Assembly (NCBI RefSeq): GCF_036321535.1
Contig: NC_087441.1
Span: forward strand, 29,264,001 to 29,328,000
DNA: 64,000 nucleotides
From: Camelus dromedarius
Taxonomy: Eukaryota
Reading direction: 5' to 3'
The position numbers were made by a program, and so were the translations under genes. Positions within the stretch are counted from its first letter, which is position 1, and each line of letters opens with the position of its first letter. A model generated the notes under the pieces. The model had not been told where the DNA came from, did not search any database, and worked only from the letters and a program-made list of their open reading frames with translations. Positions 11,471 to 23,188 of this stretch are shown here, piece after piece.

Positions 11471-11704
11471 AAGAAAAGGAAAAGGAAGTAGGATTTCAAT
11501 ACTCAGTCACTTAATAGCATGCTAGATATTTGGTCAGAATTGATCTCCTGGACGGCTGAAACTATAAAAAGCTGTTTTGATTTAGTAGAGGTAGATATTA
11601 GAAAATCAACTTGTCTCGTAAGATTCGAATGAGTATCAATGCCTTCTAACTTTACCCTTCCATACTTAAATTCTTTGTGAAGTTCTGTAATATACTACTG
11701 CTTA

Positions 11705-11710
11705 ATTAAA
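11705..11710 (+). terminator. Candidate SAMD3 polyadenylation signal (ATTAAA)
   Basis: First ATTAAA after the stop, ~235 nt downstream; no AATAAA before it. Confidence 0.4.
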
Positions 11711-13059
11711 GAGCTATTTTGAGGTCTAAGAGTTTCCAATCCAAGTTAACACTTTCAACGGGACATTAGATTTTAAAAGATTCTATGCTTCAGATTTACC
11801 TAAATCCTTCGTTTGGGTTAGGGTTTGGCCTTGCATTTAATGTGCCTACTTTTGAGACTTAATGCCCAGGAGCTGCACATTTGTGGCCTGGGGTTCTGCC
11901 TCTTTGGTCTGACATTGCTTGAAAACACCTTAAACTTGCACATTTTAAGAAGATGCACATACTCCCTGGTTCCTCTTTCCCTCAGCTGACCTGCCCCGGG
12001 GGGTTTGTTTCCTTGTCACTCCTGAGAACCAGGGCTGCTGCATTCCTGAGGTCTCCTCACTGCTGGCGGGTCTCACCGGCACAGGTTTTGATCATCTGTG
12101 ACAGTGTTCCCGCCTTGAGGTACAGTGACATGCCTGGTTCCTGTCTTCCCACATGGTTTCTGGTTTTCCCTCATCTTGACCTCCGGTGTTCTCATCTGTC
12201 CTGGTTGCCCCTTAGGCTTGTTTGTCTCTGTAATAAGGAACTAGCTTTTCACTTCCAGGGCCACTTGGACCCCGGCTTCTGGTTTCCAGGTTAGGGCCCT
12301 TCCTCAACCTCCCTCAGGAGCCCCTGTCCTGGTGCTCACCCAGCCCACCGGCCCATGTTGCAACTCATCCAACATTACAGTTTTAAGGTGTCCCTTGCTG
12401 TCTTCATCACAATCTCATTGTTACTTAGTTTCGACAGAACCAGCTGGTTTAGAGGCTGAAGAATTTGAGTGGGCTAATATTGCATCACAATGCGATGGAC
12501 ATTTTTCCTGGGCTACTTCATTCAAATTAAATTTTTAAGTTTAAGAAGGGATTTATATGAATTATTAAAATATATTTTTAAAACATATATCTCTGAAAAA
12601 TTCTGCAAAATACTATCTTCCTCTCTGTTCATTAAAATGCTTAAGTCAGTGAGATAAAAGAACAGACCAGCCGCCCACCTCGGCGAGGACTACTTCCCAC
12701 TAACAAACACGAGAGTGGACGGGCAGAGTAAGTAACAAATCTGTACGTTTCACTTTTGCGTAACTAGTCCCTATTCCAGTCATGATACAACATGCCTTTA
12801 GTTCCTTAGAAAATTTCTTTCTTGTCCCCTGATTATTCAAGTTGCATGATCTTATTCCTCTTCTCCCAAATGAATTTACCAAGTTCTTAAAGAGTCCTTT
12901 CCCTAGGAGGTCTGCAATCTCTATCTTGGCCTTGAATGAAAGCCTCTCTTTGTTCCTTTAGGCTCGGGCAGAGAGAGAGGGGGTTGGGCTGCAGGGAAAC
13001 TGAAGAGAAGTCTGGCTCCAAACTTGACAGACGTGAGCTGATCATGAGGGCAGATTCAC

Positions 13060-13150
13060 GTTAAGCTTTATTGTTTCTTTCAGTGATGTATCATTCTCCA
13101 GTGCCCAGCACGGCCGTGCTGCTTAGCGAATATTCAGTATTGCTTGACCA
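13060..13150 (+). mobile_element. L2 3'-end fragment
   Basis: ccagtgcccagcacggccgtgctgcttagcgaatattcagtattgcttga resembles the L2 3' terminus. Confidence 0.45.
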
Positions 13151-13819
13151 ACCTGGACCTATTTTCTTTGGAGGATGGGGCCAGTGAATCTAGAATCTGA
13201 AAAATGGTGGCCTAGGGGTACTTTTCAACCTGCAGACAGGTCTCTATGTGGCTGGCAGAGTGTTTGTGATTTTTAAAAAATGCCTTTAGATGGGAAAGTC
13301 TTGTCAGCTTCCACATTCCCCATCCCTCCCTTTTGTCTTACCCCAAGTCTGCTTCTCTCATTTCAGGGACATCCCTGTCATCATGGCTCCCTACTTCCCC
13401 TGTTCAATCTTATTAGACTGTATACCAGGGGTGGAATGGTGAGAGGTTTCCACTTCTTGCGGTGGATGTTCCACCCTCGTAGGAACACTCAATGCCTTGC
13501 TTCTAACATATAACATGCTTCCTAGAATGAGTAGATGTTTTCAGTAAGATATAAAAGGCTCTTTTTAAAAATAATACATGCTTTAAACTGGAAAGAAGTC
13601 CCCAATGGGTGTGAATCCTACTTAACAATAAGATTTTTTGAATTTTTTTTTTTGATGCTCTTCACATCATCTGGGACATAGTTTGACAAACAACTGCGAA
13701 TCCTACAGATGCATCCCCACAGCTATCTAATGCCCACATGTTTGATATTGTTGCTGCTCTCATTCGCCCCTCCTATTTGACAAGCTTTCTCAAAAATCAT
13801 ACATACGTAAAAAAAAAAG

Positions 13820-15518
13820 TATCTGTAATTAAGATTTTTATTTCATTCATGTCAGGTATAACAAGTGCAACTTGAATGTACAAATTCTGAACAAAACATT
13901 AAAAAAAGTCAACAACGAAAACCTTTTTTAAAGCAGATTCATGCAAAGAAATGAATGGGGCACTGCAGAGGTCATGGGCCCTGTTTTACCTTGAATTATG
14001 ACAAATGCGAAGGACCACTAATAGACTTCCCACAGGGATATCAAGGGAATCCTACATGAGAAAAAAATGAGAGCAAAAGAGGAGAGAGGTGGAACTTTCC
14101 CCAGAATTCAGACAGCATGCTACAAACTTACTTTCTACTTTTAAAAGAGTCCTTGAATAAAAATCCAATCCTGGAATCAGAAGTTACATACAAAGGCTGA
14201 TAAAACGATTTACCTTTTGTGTTGGAAATGCATTCTTGCAAAAGAAACACTACCAGCTATCATCAGTCTATAGGTTATCAAGGGCTTTCATTTAAAGTGC
14301 ATCTGTAGGCTTATACATTGAGGCGAACTGTTTTACAAAGAGTCTCCAAAACGGAGCTTTTTGAATAATTGCTTTGTAAAGTCGCCTCCCTGATTTTCGA
14401 GCATTTAGAATCTCGGTATTGATTGATGTTGCTCCCTCACATCTTGCCTCTTCAGGAAAATCTATATACTCTCTCTTCAGCCAATCCTGAAGAAAACCTT
14501 TGGGTTTGGAGGACCCTGCGAGGTCTGAGGCAGAGCTCTTTCTGGATTAGTGTTTCTATCGACAGAATGAGCCTTTCGTCTCTGAGAAGCACCACAGTTA
14601 CTTCAATGCCGATTAGAGAGAAGCTCAAGATAATCTCATAAATAGTTCAAGATCAAGATCATACAAACAGCACCCCCTCCCCCCATATTCCTTTTTTCCT
14701 TTGATATCACTGGAGTCTTGTAAACACGCAGGGCACCATGATGTGTGAGACTGATGCCATTCAAATACGTCACCTAATTTATTTATGCTTATATATTTTA
14801 TTTTTCAAGTTCATTATTTATATACATGTTTTTGGTAATTATAGTAAAGATGCTGGTGAAAAGTAATTTAACATTTCATAATGGCGTGCAAAAGTAAAAA
14901 CACTGATTTAAAGAAAGGTAATTTTTACCACTATTCAGCCCCAACAGATTATGACAAGCAGTTAGGCAGTATCAGGACTTGCGAAGTTATACTCAGCATA
15001 ATGCTGCAATTCAAAATATGGCACAGAATTAACAATACCGGTAACAGTCCCGCTGGCTAAATTTAGCCAGGTTTTGACTAATTTGGTTTAAGTTGAAGTT
15101 TGATTATATAAAAAGGCTCCTGAAAGTATTGAAAAAGAAAAAGCGTACATGAAAGAGAATTCAACAATGTTTACAAAATGCCAGAAGTTCTTACTCTGCC
15201 CCACCCCGACTTTGTCCATAAATAATTAATGAAGTCCCCCTTCCCCCCGACTCCCCAACCTCAAAAAGATTTACAAAGATAAATTTAGCTCAGTGAACAG
15301 AACCGAAAGATGACTGTTGTTAGACAGTACCTGGTTAAAAGCTCAAGCACTTTCGTAAGAATTCATATATATTGTCTCTTGAGGAATATAAATAATCTGA
15401 TAGCATTGCTCTTTAGAGTTTTGGAGACTTCTCACTTAGGAGTTACAACTGTCTTTGTGCTTTGAATAAAACATGAGCTTTAAAGCAGAAAGCTGATGGT
15501 AGTCAGAATTCACCATCC
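13820..15518 (-). other. L3MBTL3: L3MBTL3 3' UTR (~1.7 kb, inferred)
   Basis: Stretch between the stop codon (15519-15521) and the AATAAA/U-rich site, with no recognisable interspersed repeats. Confidence 0.65.
13837..13842 (-). terminator. Likely L3MBTL3 polyadenylation signal (AATAAA on - strand)
   Basis: tttatt on the + strand; on the minus strand a U-rich/GU element follows ~20 nt downstream (A-run at 13809-13818 on +). Confidence 0.65.
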
Positions 15519-15662
15519 TCAAAGTTCATTATGAGAGTTCTTCTCTGCGGCTTTGAACATCAGGATAGAATTGAAAATTTTGAGAGCAGGGCCCAACTTA
15601 ATGCTCATAATTTTCACAATGTCTGTCTGGGTCATAAGCAGAAATGCTTCTCCATCAATTTG
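15519..15662 (-). CDS. L3MBTL3: L3MBTL3 last coding exon (SAM domain C-half): QIDGEAFLLMTQTDIVKIMSIKLGPALKIFNSILMFKAAEKNSHNEL*
   Basis: cccattttag|CAA acceptor, TGA at 15521-15519; matches the recalled human L3MBTL3 C-terminus. Confidence 0.97.
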   Translation of the reverse strand, partial: QIDGEAFLLMTQTDIVKIMSIKLGPALKIFNSILMFKAAEKNSHNEL

Positions 15663-16009
15663 CTAAAATGGGAGGAAAAAAAAGATTGTGAGTTAATTGG
15701 ACATAGAGTCGTGAAACATATTCAAGGTTAAATTATCAGCTGTCTTGTACATAGCAACACTGAAACGGCACGGATGGGAGTTCATGTGTACAAACAACAT
15801 TTCCTGGTAAGTGGACCTTTCTTATCTACAACACCACCCACCCCCAAATGTGGACTGGGAGAAAGTCAAATTCATTGATCTGAAAAATCAGCCCATAGAA
15901 AGTGCAAGGAGCCCATATTTTTCTGTGATTATTCTGACATAGGCACTGAGTCAAGAACTTGGAAAAATCTAGAATGCCCCAAACCCAGTTCTTATCATGG
16001 CAGGTTTTA

Positions 16010-18142
16010 TTTTTTTATTTATTTTTATTCAAGTATAGTCAGTTACAATGTGTCAATTTCTGGTGTACAGCACAAGGTCCCAGTCATGCATACACATACG
16101 TGTATTTGTTTTCATATTCTTTTTCATTAAAGGTTATTACAAGATACTGAATATAGCTCCCTGTGCTATACAGAAATTTTTTAAGTCTAATTTTATATAT
16201 AGTGGCTAACATTTGCAAATCTCAAACTCCCAAATTTATCCCTTCCCACTCCCTTTTCCCCAGTAACCATAGGATTGTTTACTATGTCTGTGAATCTGTT
16301 TCTGTTCTATAAATGAGTTCATTACTATCCTTTTTTTTTTTTATAGATTCCACATATAAGTGATATCAAATGGTATTTTTTTTTTCTCTTTCTGGTTTAC
16401 TTCACTTCGAATGATCTCCAGGTCCATCCATGTTGCTGCAAATGGCATTATTTTATTCTTTTTTTATAGCTAAGCAGTATTCCGCTGTATAAATATACCA
16501 CTTCTTTATCCAGTCATCTGTCGATGGACACTTAGGTTCTTTCCATGTCTTGACTATTGTATATAGTGCTGCCATGAACATTGGGGTGCATGTTATCTTT
16601 TCGAATTAGAGTTCCCTCCATATATATGCCCAGGAGTGGGACTGCTNNNNNNNNNNNNNNNNNNNNNNNNNNNNNNNNNNNNNNNNNNNNNNNNNNNNNN
16701 NNNNNNNNNNNNNNNNNNNNNNNNNNNNNNNNNNNNNNNNNNNNNNNNNNNNNNNNNNNNNNNNNNNNNNNNNNNNNNNNNNNNNNNNACTTTTGAATGA
16801 TGGCCATTCTGACTGGTGTGAGGTGATACCTCAGTTTTGACTTGCATTTCTCTGATAATTAGCAATACTGAGCATCTTTTTATGGCCTGTTTGTTGTCTG
16901 TATGTCTTCTTTGGAGAAATTTCTATTCAGATCTTATGCCCATTTTCTGATTGAGTTGTTTGTTTTTTTGATGATAAGTTGTATAAGCTGTTTGTACATT
17001 TTGGAAATTAATCCCTTGTCAGTCACATCATTTGCATATGTTTTCTCCCATTTTCTTATGTGCCTATTGGCCATTTGTACGTCTTCACTGGAGAACTACT
17101 TGTTTAGGTCGTCTAGCCATTTTTGGATTGGGTTGTTTGTTTTGTTTGAGCTATTTATGTATTCTTGAAATTAAACCTTTGTCAGTAGCATCATTTGCAA
17201 ATATTTTCTCCTATTCCATAGGTTGTCATTTTGTTTTACCTATGGTTTCCTTTGCTGAGCAAAAGCTTGTAAGTTTAATTAGGTCCCATTTGTTTATTTT
17301 CTGCTTTTATTTTTATTGCCTGGGTAGGCTGCCCTAGGAGAACACTGCCAAGATTTATGTTTTCTTCTAGGAGGTTCATTGTATCTTGTCTTATATTTAA
17401 GTCTTTAAGCCGTTTTGAGTTTATTTTGTGTATGGAGTGAGGGAGTGTTCTAAATTCACTGATTTATATGCTGCTGTCCCGTTTTCCCAACATCACTTGC
17501 TGAAGAGACTGTCTTTTCTCCATTGTATAGTCTTGCCTCCTTTGTTGAAGCTAAATTGACCGTAGGTCTGTGGGTTTATTTCTGGGCTCTCTGTTCTGTT
17601 CCATTGATCCATATGTCTGTTTCTGTGCCAGTACCAGGCGGTTTTGATTACTCTACCTCTGCAGTATTGTCTGAAGTCTGGGAGGGTCATTATTCCAGCT
17701 TCATTCTTTTTCTTCAGTATTGCTTTGGCAATTCTGGGTCTTTTGTGATTCCATATACATTCCAGTATTATTTGTTCTAGTTCTGTGAGAAATGTCATGG
17801 TAATTTGATGGGATCACATTAAATCTGTAGATTGCCTTGGGCAGTATGACCATTTTAACAATATTGATTCTTCCAATCCAAGAACATGGGATATCTTTCC
17901 ATTTCTTTAAGTCATCTTTAATTTCCTTAATCAGTGTTTTGTAGTTCTCCATGTATGTCTTTCACCTCCTTGGTCAGATTTATTCCTAAGTATTTTATTG
18001 TTTTGGTGATTTATTGTATTGTTTATTGTATTTAGTTATTTTAAAAGAGATTGTTTCTTTACTTTCTTTTCCTGCTATTTCATTGTTAGTATAAAGAAAT
18101 GCAACTGATTTCTATATGTTAATCTTGTATCCTGCTACCTTG
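16010..18142 (-). mobile_element. 5'-truncated, relatively young L1 (distal ORF2 + 3' UTR + A-tail)
   Basis: Exact 14-bp TSD catggcaggtttta at 15996-16009 and 18143-18156. Minus ORFs 17701-17952 ([18 protein letters not shown]) and 17493-17798 (AKAILKKKN...LPDFRQY) are L1 ORF2. Contains N-gap 16647-16788. Confidence 0.95.
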
Positions 18143-18705
18143 CATGGCAGGTTTTAGAATGAGATCTGAGTAAGTACATAAATATTTGTGGCTATAATCA
18201 AAGGAATTCAGGCAAACACATCAGCTACATGCTAACATTCAAAAAAAAAATCAGCTTTCCACCATGAAGAAAAGAAAACTGCAATAACATTCATTTTTGG
18301 AATGGCCATAATTATTCTTCAAATACAGAAGAAAAGCAATTACTAACAAGGGCAACCCACAGTGTAGCTGGGGAACATGAGACTCGTGTGAAGAGTTGTA
18401 GACTGGTTCTCCTCCACCTTGGGTAATTGTAAGACACATCTTTCCTCTCTCTGGGTCTCTTCTAAGACTAAACGTCTATGCTGTACAGAATAGAATGCTG
18501 TGACGTTCCAAGATACAACTCTATGAAGATAATGTCTCACTTCATGGGTACAGCACAGGAGTAGTCTTCTTGTATAATTTTCAGCTCTTAGGGAGTTCGA
18601 CCACCTTAAAAAAATAAATTCACTTCTCTGTTTTCTCATTTTGTACAAAAAGCAAAACACACTTTTGCTCTCAGCCTCAGAGTACGTAAGGAACCTTGGC
18701 AGCCG

Positions 18706-19125
18706 TGTGGAATTAGGGATTGAACTGTGTCCTTCCCAAATTCATATGCTGAAGAGCTCATCTCCAGTAACCTTCAAATGTGACTTTATTTGGAAGCAGG
18801 GTCACTGCACTGTCATCAGTTAAGGTGAGGTCATACCATAGCAGGGTGGGCCCCTAATCCAAGATGACTGCTGTCCTTATGAAAAGGGGCGATTTGGACA
18901 CAGACAGACACATACAGATAGAGGACAACGTGAAGACAACCAGGGAACACCATCCACAAGCCGAGGAGAGAGCTTCCTCCTGGCCCTCGGAAGGAAGCTA
19001 CTCTGCTAACGTGATGACTTCTACACTTCTTCAGATGTCTGGCCTCAGAATTGGAAGATAATAAATTTTTGCTGTTTAAGCTGCTGGTTTATGGTACTTT
19101 GTTACAGCAGCAAACGAATCCTACC
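18706..19125 (+). mobile_element. MaLR solo LTR (MLT1B/C-like)
   Basis: gattgaactgtgtccttcccaaattcatatg...ggtgggcccctaatcc...aataaatttttgctgtttaagc...ggtactttgttacagcagc. Confidence 0.85.
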
Positions 19126-20204
19126 CTAAATTCTGTATTCAGTTCACTAAATAAAGGCTAAAGTAATTAAGTAGCAGTTTCTTGAAATTTTCCTCTTTCC
19201 TCTAAAAATAAAAACCTATAAATTTAAATTGCTTAATAAATACTTAATCAGGAAGAACTAGAGTCATCTTATACAACTCCAAGTAACAACTTTTTTTGTG
19301 GAAAAAAATTGCTGCTTTTCAGCAAGGAAACATCCTACTGTCATAAACTCAAAGTAAAGACATTGTGATGTTAATTTCTAAGTGTAAGACAAGGTAAGTG
19401 ACAGCCATGAGAAACCCGTTTCTATTGTTTTCTGGAAACATTTGCTGTGGTCCCATGTGCTTGTGCTGTGACAGCCTTCTGAGAATCAAGGCCAACAAGA
19501 GAAGCAGATCTATTTACACTTCACTCAACCCAGGCAGACCGTGGGAGAATGAAGGGTCTGATGGAAGTCTTCTGAGTCATTAACAAAAATGTCAACTCAC
19601 ACACCGGCTCCCAAGGAGCTCACTACAAAGAGTGAGCGGTTTATTACAACCTTGGACCCTACTGAGTCTTCTTCTGAGACTGTAGGAGTTTAAAGTGACA
19701 GATGACTGATGAAAAGGAACATTCAGAAAATTACAAGGCTGGGATCTGAAAGTTAGAAGTGGGATGAGAAGGATAAATTTTGGTAGATTATTATTTTTAT
19801 GGTTACCCTGGGAAGGCAAAAATCATCTTGCGGCTAGAGTCAGTGTATTACATACATGCTGCTCTGAGGTGGGGCCATAAGGATGAGCCTCCACTGGAAA
19901 GAAGTAAACAGTTCAAGAACTTTCTAAGAACAGGGATCACTGCAGTGTATTCCTGGGTTTATTTTTTGTTTGCTTTGTAATGCATATAAATTGGTCTAAC
20001 TCCAGAGATTAAGTATCTTGCTAACGTCCCAAAACTCTGAAGGAGGATTTTGAACTTGGGGGTTTCTTGCCCAAATTTCATTATTCTTTCCACTGTGGAC
20101 TGACGGTTCTTTTTACAGTGTTTTAACTCTGCAAATCACAGCGACATGCTCTTTGAATGTCTTTCTCAGAGTGTAAAGGTATGAGTATATTCACCCAATA
20201 AAAG

Positions 20205-20960
20205 CTTACTAAACATCAATTATATTCTAGATATTCTTCTTGGGTCTGGGCATATAACAGGGAATAAAACAGATAAAAACAAAAGCAAGTAAGCAGACAA
20301 AAATTCCTTGTGGAGTTTACCTTCTAGTAGTGGGAGACAGACTGTATAAGCAAAAGCCATAAGAACAAATTAATTAGTAATTCTAAAAGCAATTAGTGCT
20401 ATGAAGAAAGCGCTGGTTGGGGAGGTGAGTGGGCAGTAGGGGCCGGGACGGATGTGTGGTGGCAGGTGGCAAGTTGAAGGAGGACATTCAGGGTAGGATA
20501 ATTGAGAGGTGGCGGCTGAGTAGAGGGAGTGAGCCATGTGAACATCTGGAGGGAGAGCACCAGGCAGAGGGAGGAGACAGAGGGAGCCTGGATAACATGT
20601 GGAACAGTGTATAAAGTGGGGGAACAGAGTGGACCAAGAAGTCCAGTGGTCAGATTGTAGCCCTTGTGAGGATTTTGGCTTTTGCTCTGATTTAACTACC
20701 AGAAAAATCTCAACAGAGGAGTGGCATGATTTGAACTACGTTTTAGCAGCATGACCCTGGCTATGCTGGAAATAAATTATAGGGGAGCAGAAATGGAAGC
20801 TGGGAGGATGGTTAGGAGGTTACTGCTTTAATCCAGGTGGGAGATGATGGTGGCTCCGACCAGACAGGCAGTGGTGGAGGTGGAGAGGTAGTTGAAAGTC
20901 AGAATCCCTGTATGTTTTTAAAATACACTTAATAGGATTTTCAAGAGATTAAATGTGGTG
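20205..20960 (-). mobile_element. L2 fragment
   Basis: Antisense L2 text (cttgtggagtttaccttctagtagtgggagacag; tgagccatgtgaacatctgg; aatccaggtgggagatgatggtggct). Confidence 0.7.
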
Positions 20961-22727
20961 TGAGTAAGAGAAAGAGAAGTCAAAGATGGTTTCAAATAAT
21001 AGCCCATCCAAACACCTGCACTTTGCCTTTTAGAGATGACTTACAAGATTTTAGTTAGATTTGTTTCTGCTTTACATCCAGGACCCAAAACCAGTGCTTG
21101 CTCACCTTGTGGGACATTTGAGAGCAAGGATCGTGTTCTATTATCTCTCAATTAACCTTCTCACCAGGGCATTACACGAAGTCACATACACATGGTAGGA
21201 ATTTAACAAGAGTTCACAGGTAAGTGAATAATGGGATGAATACATGAATGACACATGTGGACAGAGAACATTCACTGACTCATTCTTCAAAAGGATCTGC
21301 CTTTGAGGATATTTGGTGCCTGAGGAGTGTCTCCAAAGATAATATGAAGAAAAAAATTACTCAAAAAATATCATCTAAATTTGAATCTTAAATAAATAGA
21401 GCAAATGTATATGGATTGTCTAGAAGCAACAGAACCAAAAATAGAATTTATAAAATCGATGGACTAGAAATTTATTTTTAAAACTGTTTCATCATTTTCA
21501 AAGGTAATGACTACAGGATTCTTTCAAAGAAAGAGCAACAGCTCCCTGCAGGGATCTTAAGTCCGCTCAGGGATCAGAAATTGAGAATAATCCACAAAGA
21601 CCCTTACTAGGCCTTAAGGAAAGAATCTCCAAACCTGAGTAACTGCAAATTAAAGATCGACTAGGAGGAAGCTAGAACACTTCTGAAATAAAAACATAAA
21701 TCATAAAAAGGACGATGAAAACCAGATCCCTGTGCATTTTCACAGGCGTCCACCTAAAGCATAAATGATGTCGAGGAGCATAACGACACTGGCGACCAGT
21801 GGCTGGACTCCTGGCTGTCCCGACACTCACACTGCTCTTCAGCGAAAGTGTGCTACTCTGAATAGCTGAGGCTAAACACAGGCGCAAACGAGGTGTATAT
21901 GCTTCTGACTGCAGAGAGCAGGGGCTGCACAAAGCCTCCTGAGATGACTCAGTCCTCGTTCCACCTTCTGGGAGCCACACTCATAGAGGTAACTGACCGT
22001 TCTGCTTGGAGGAGCTGACAAGCAAGTGGCTTATTTTTAAAGGTCTCTGGTGAAAAGAGCCTCCTGCTGTACTGAGACAGCACTGCTTGTAGTGCAAGTC
22101 AGAAGTCAAATTTGTTCTAATGCTCCACAGAGGTGGTATCACTATTAACCATCCCCTGTATGAACATTTTGGATAAGCAGATGAAAACAAACTAGTAAAA
22201 TAATCTTCCAACAGCAGATGGTAATGAGTATCAGTTAGTATAAACATCACTGAGAAACGTGTAAGATCTAAGGGATTGTTTTAGTAATAATGGTGATATT
22301 AATTATAAGCATCGACTGAAGTTAATCTTGGTGTTGTTAAAATGATGTTTGAAAATAAAATAATGGGAACTAATTTTACCCTATTAGAAATGAAACGTTG
22401 CTTACTTTCTTTGGTTTCTTTCTGTGCTATAAAATATATAAATGCATGCTATTAATTTTTGTGTTCTTTTTTTTTTATAATGAGTTTAGTGCTACTGCTG
22501 CAGGGCATCCTAAAATGGTACAAATGTTTCCTTTGCATCTAATCTTACACAAAGACATTTTTATGCAACTGATTAATGCTGCTTGTTAGACAGCCTGGTA
22601 TCAATTTGTCAGTTTCAACATAACCCATCTCCTTCTTCCTCTGCCAATTCAGAACATTTCACCACTCACTGCTTTTCAGTGCATGGTCCCCATTAAGTAC
22701 CACACTGCAATTTAGTGGAACACTTAC

Positions 22728-22790
22728 TTCATCTTTAAATACCTTTCCATGTTCTTCACATCCAGGTAAGCTCTGTATGAATTCTGACAC
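22728..22790 (-). CDS. L3MBTL3: L3MBTL3 exon (63 nt, phase 0/0): VSEFIQSLPGCEEHGKVFKDE
   Basis: ttaacag|GTG acceptor, GAA|gtaagt donor; SAM domain. Confidence 0.97.
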
Positions 22791-23018
22791 CTGTTAATAA
22801 TAAGATCAAAATTCCAGTTTAAAAAAAAAGAAGCCAAGATCTAAAAACTAAATGTGATAGACAGGTTCAAAATATTTAACCTGTATGTTTTCATTGTTTC
22901 TCTCAGAATAATTTCTTCTCTTTTAGAAAAAAAGGCTAAACCCCACATGCATTCATGTTGCCCACTCCTTAAGTCAGTACTCCTACATCTGATCCCTGGC
23001 AGACAAAGAAAAACACAC

Positions 23019-23188
23019 CTCGTCTGTGCTCCACTTGGAAACTTTACTGGCAGGGATGCCGGCTACGGTTGGGAGAAGTTTGCTCTGCTGCTCCCAGCGC
23101 AAGGGCAGACACGGGATCGGGGACTTAAAGGACAGAAAGACAGCTGAGCGACGCTGTGCCTGCTGTATGCTGGGCTCTTCCCGGGCAC
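23019..23188 (-). CDS. L3MBTL3: L3MBTL3 exon (170 nt, phase 1/0): (G)AREEPSIQQAQRRSAVFLSFKSPIPCLPLRWEQQSKLLPTVAGIPASKVSKWSTDE
   Basis: ctgtcaaccag|GT acceptor, GAG|gtgtgt donor. Confidence 0.97.

Noticed and set aside
16532-17952. Several ORFs of 70-100 aa
   Set aside because: They are frameshifted L1 ORF2 remnants or their antisense; two are open only because of N-runs.
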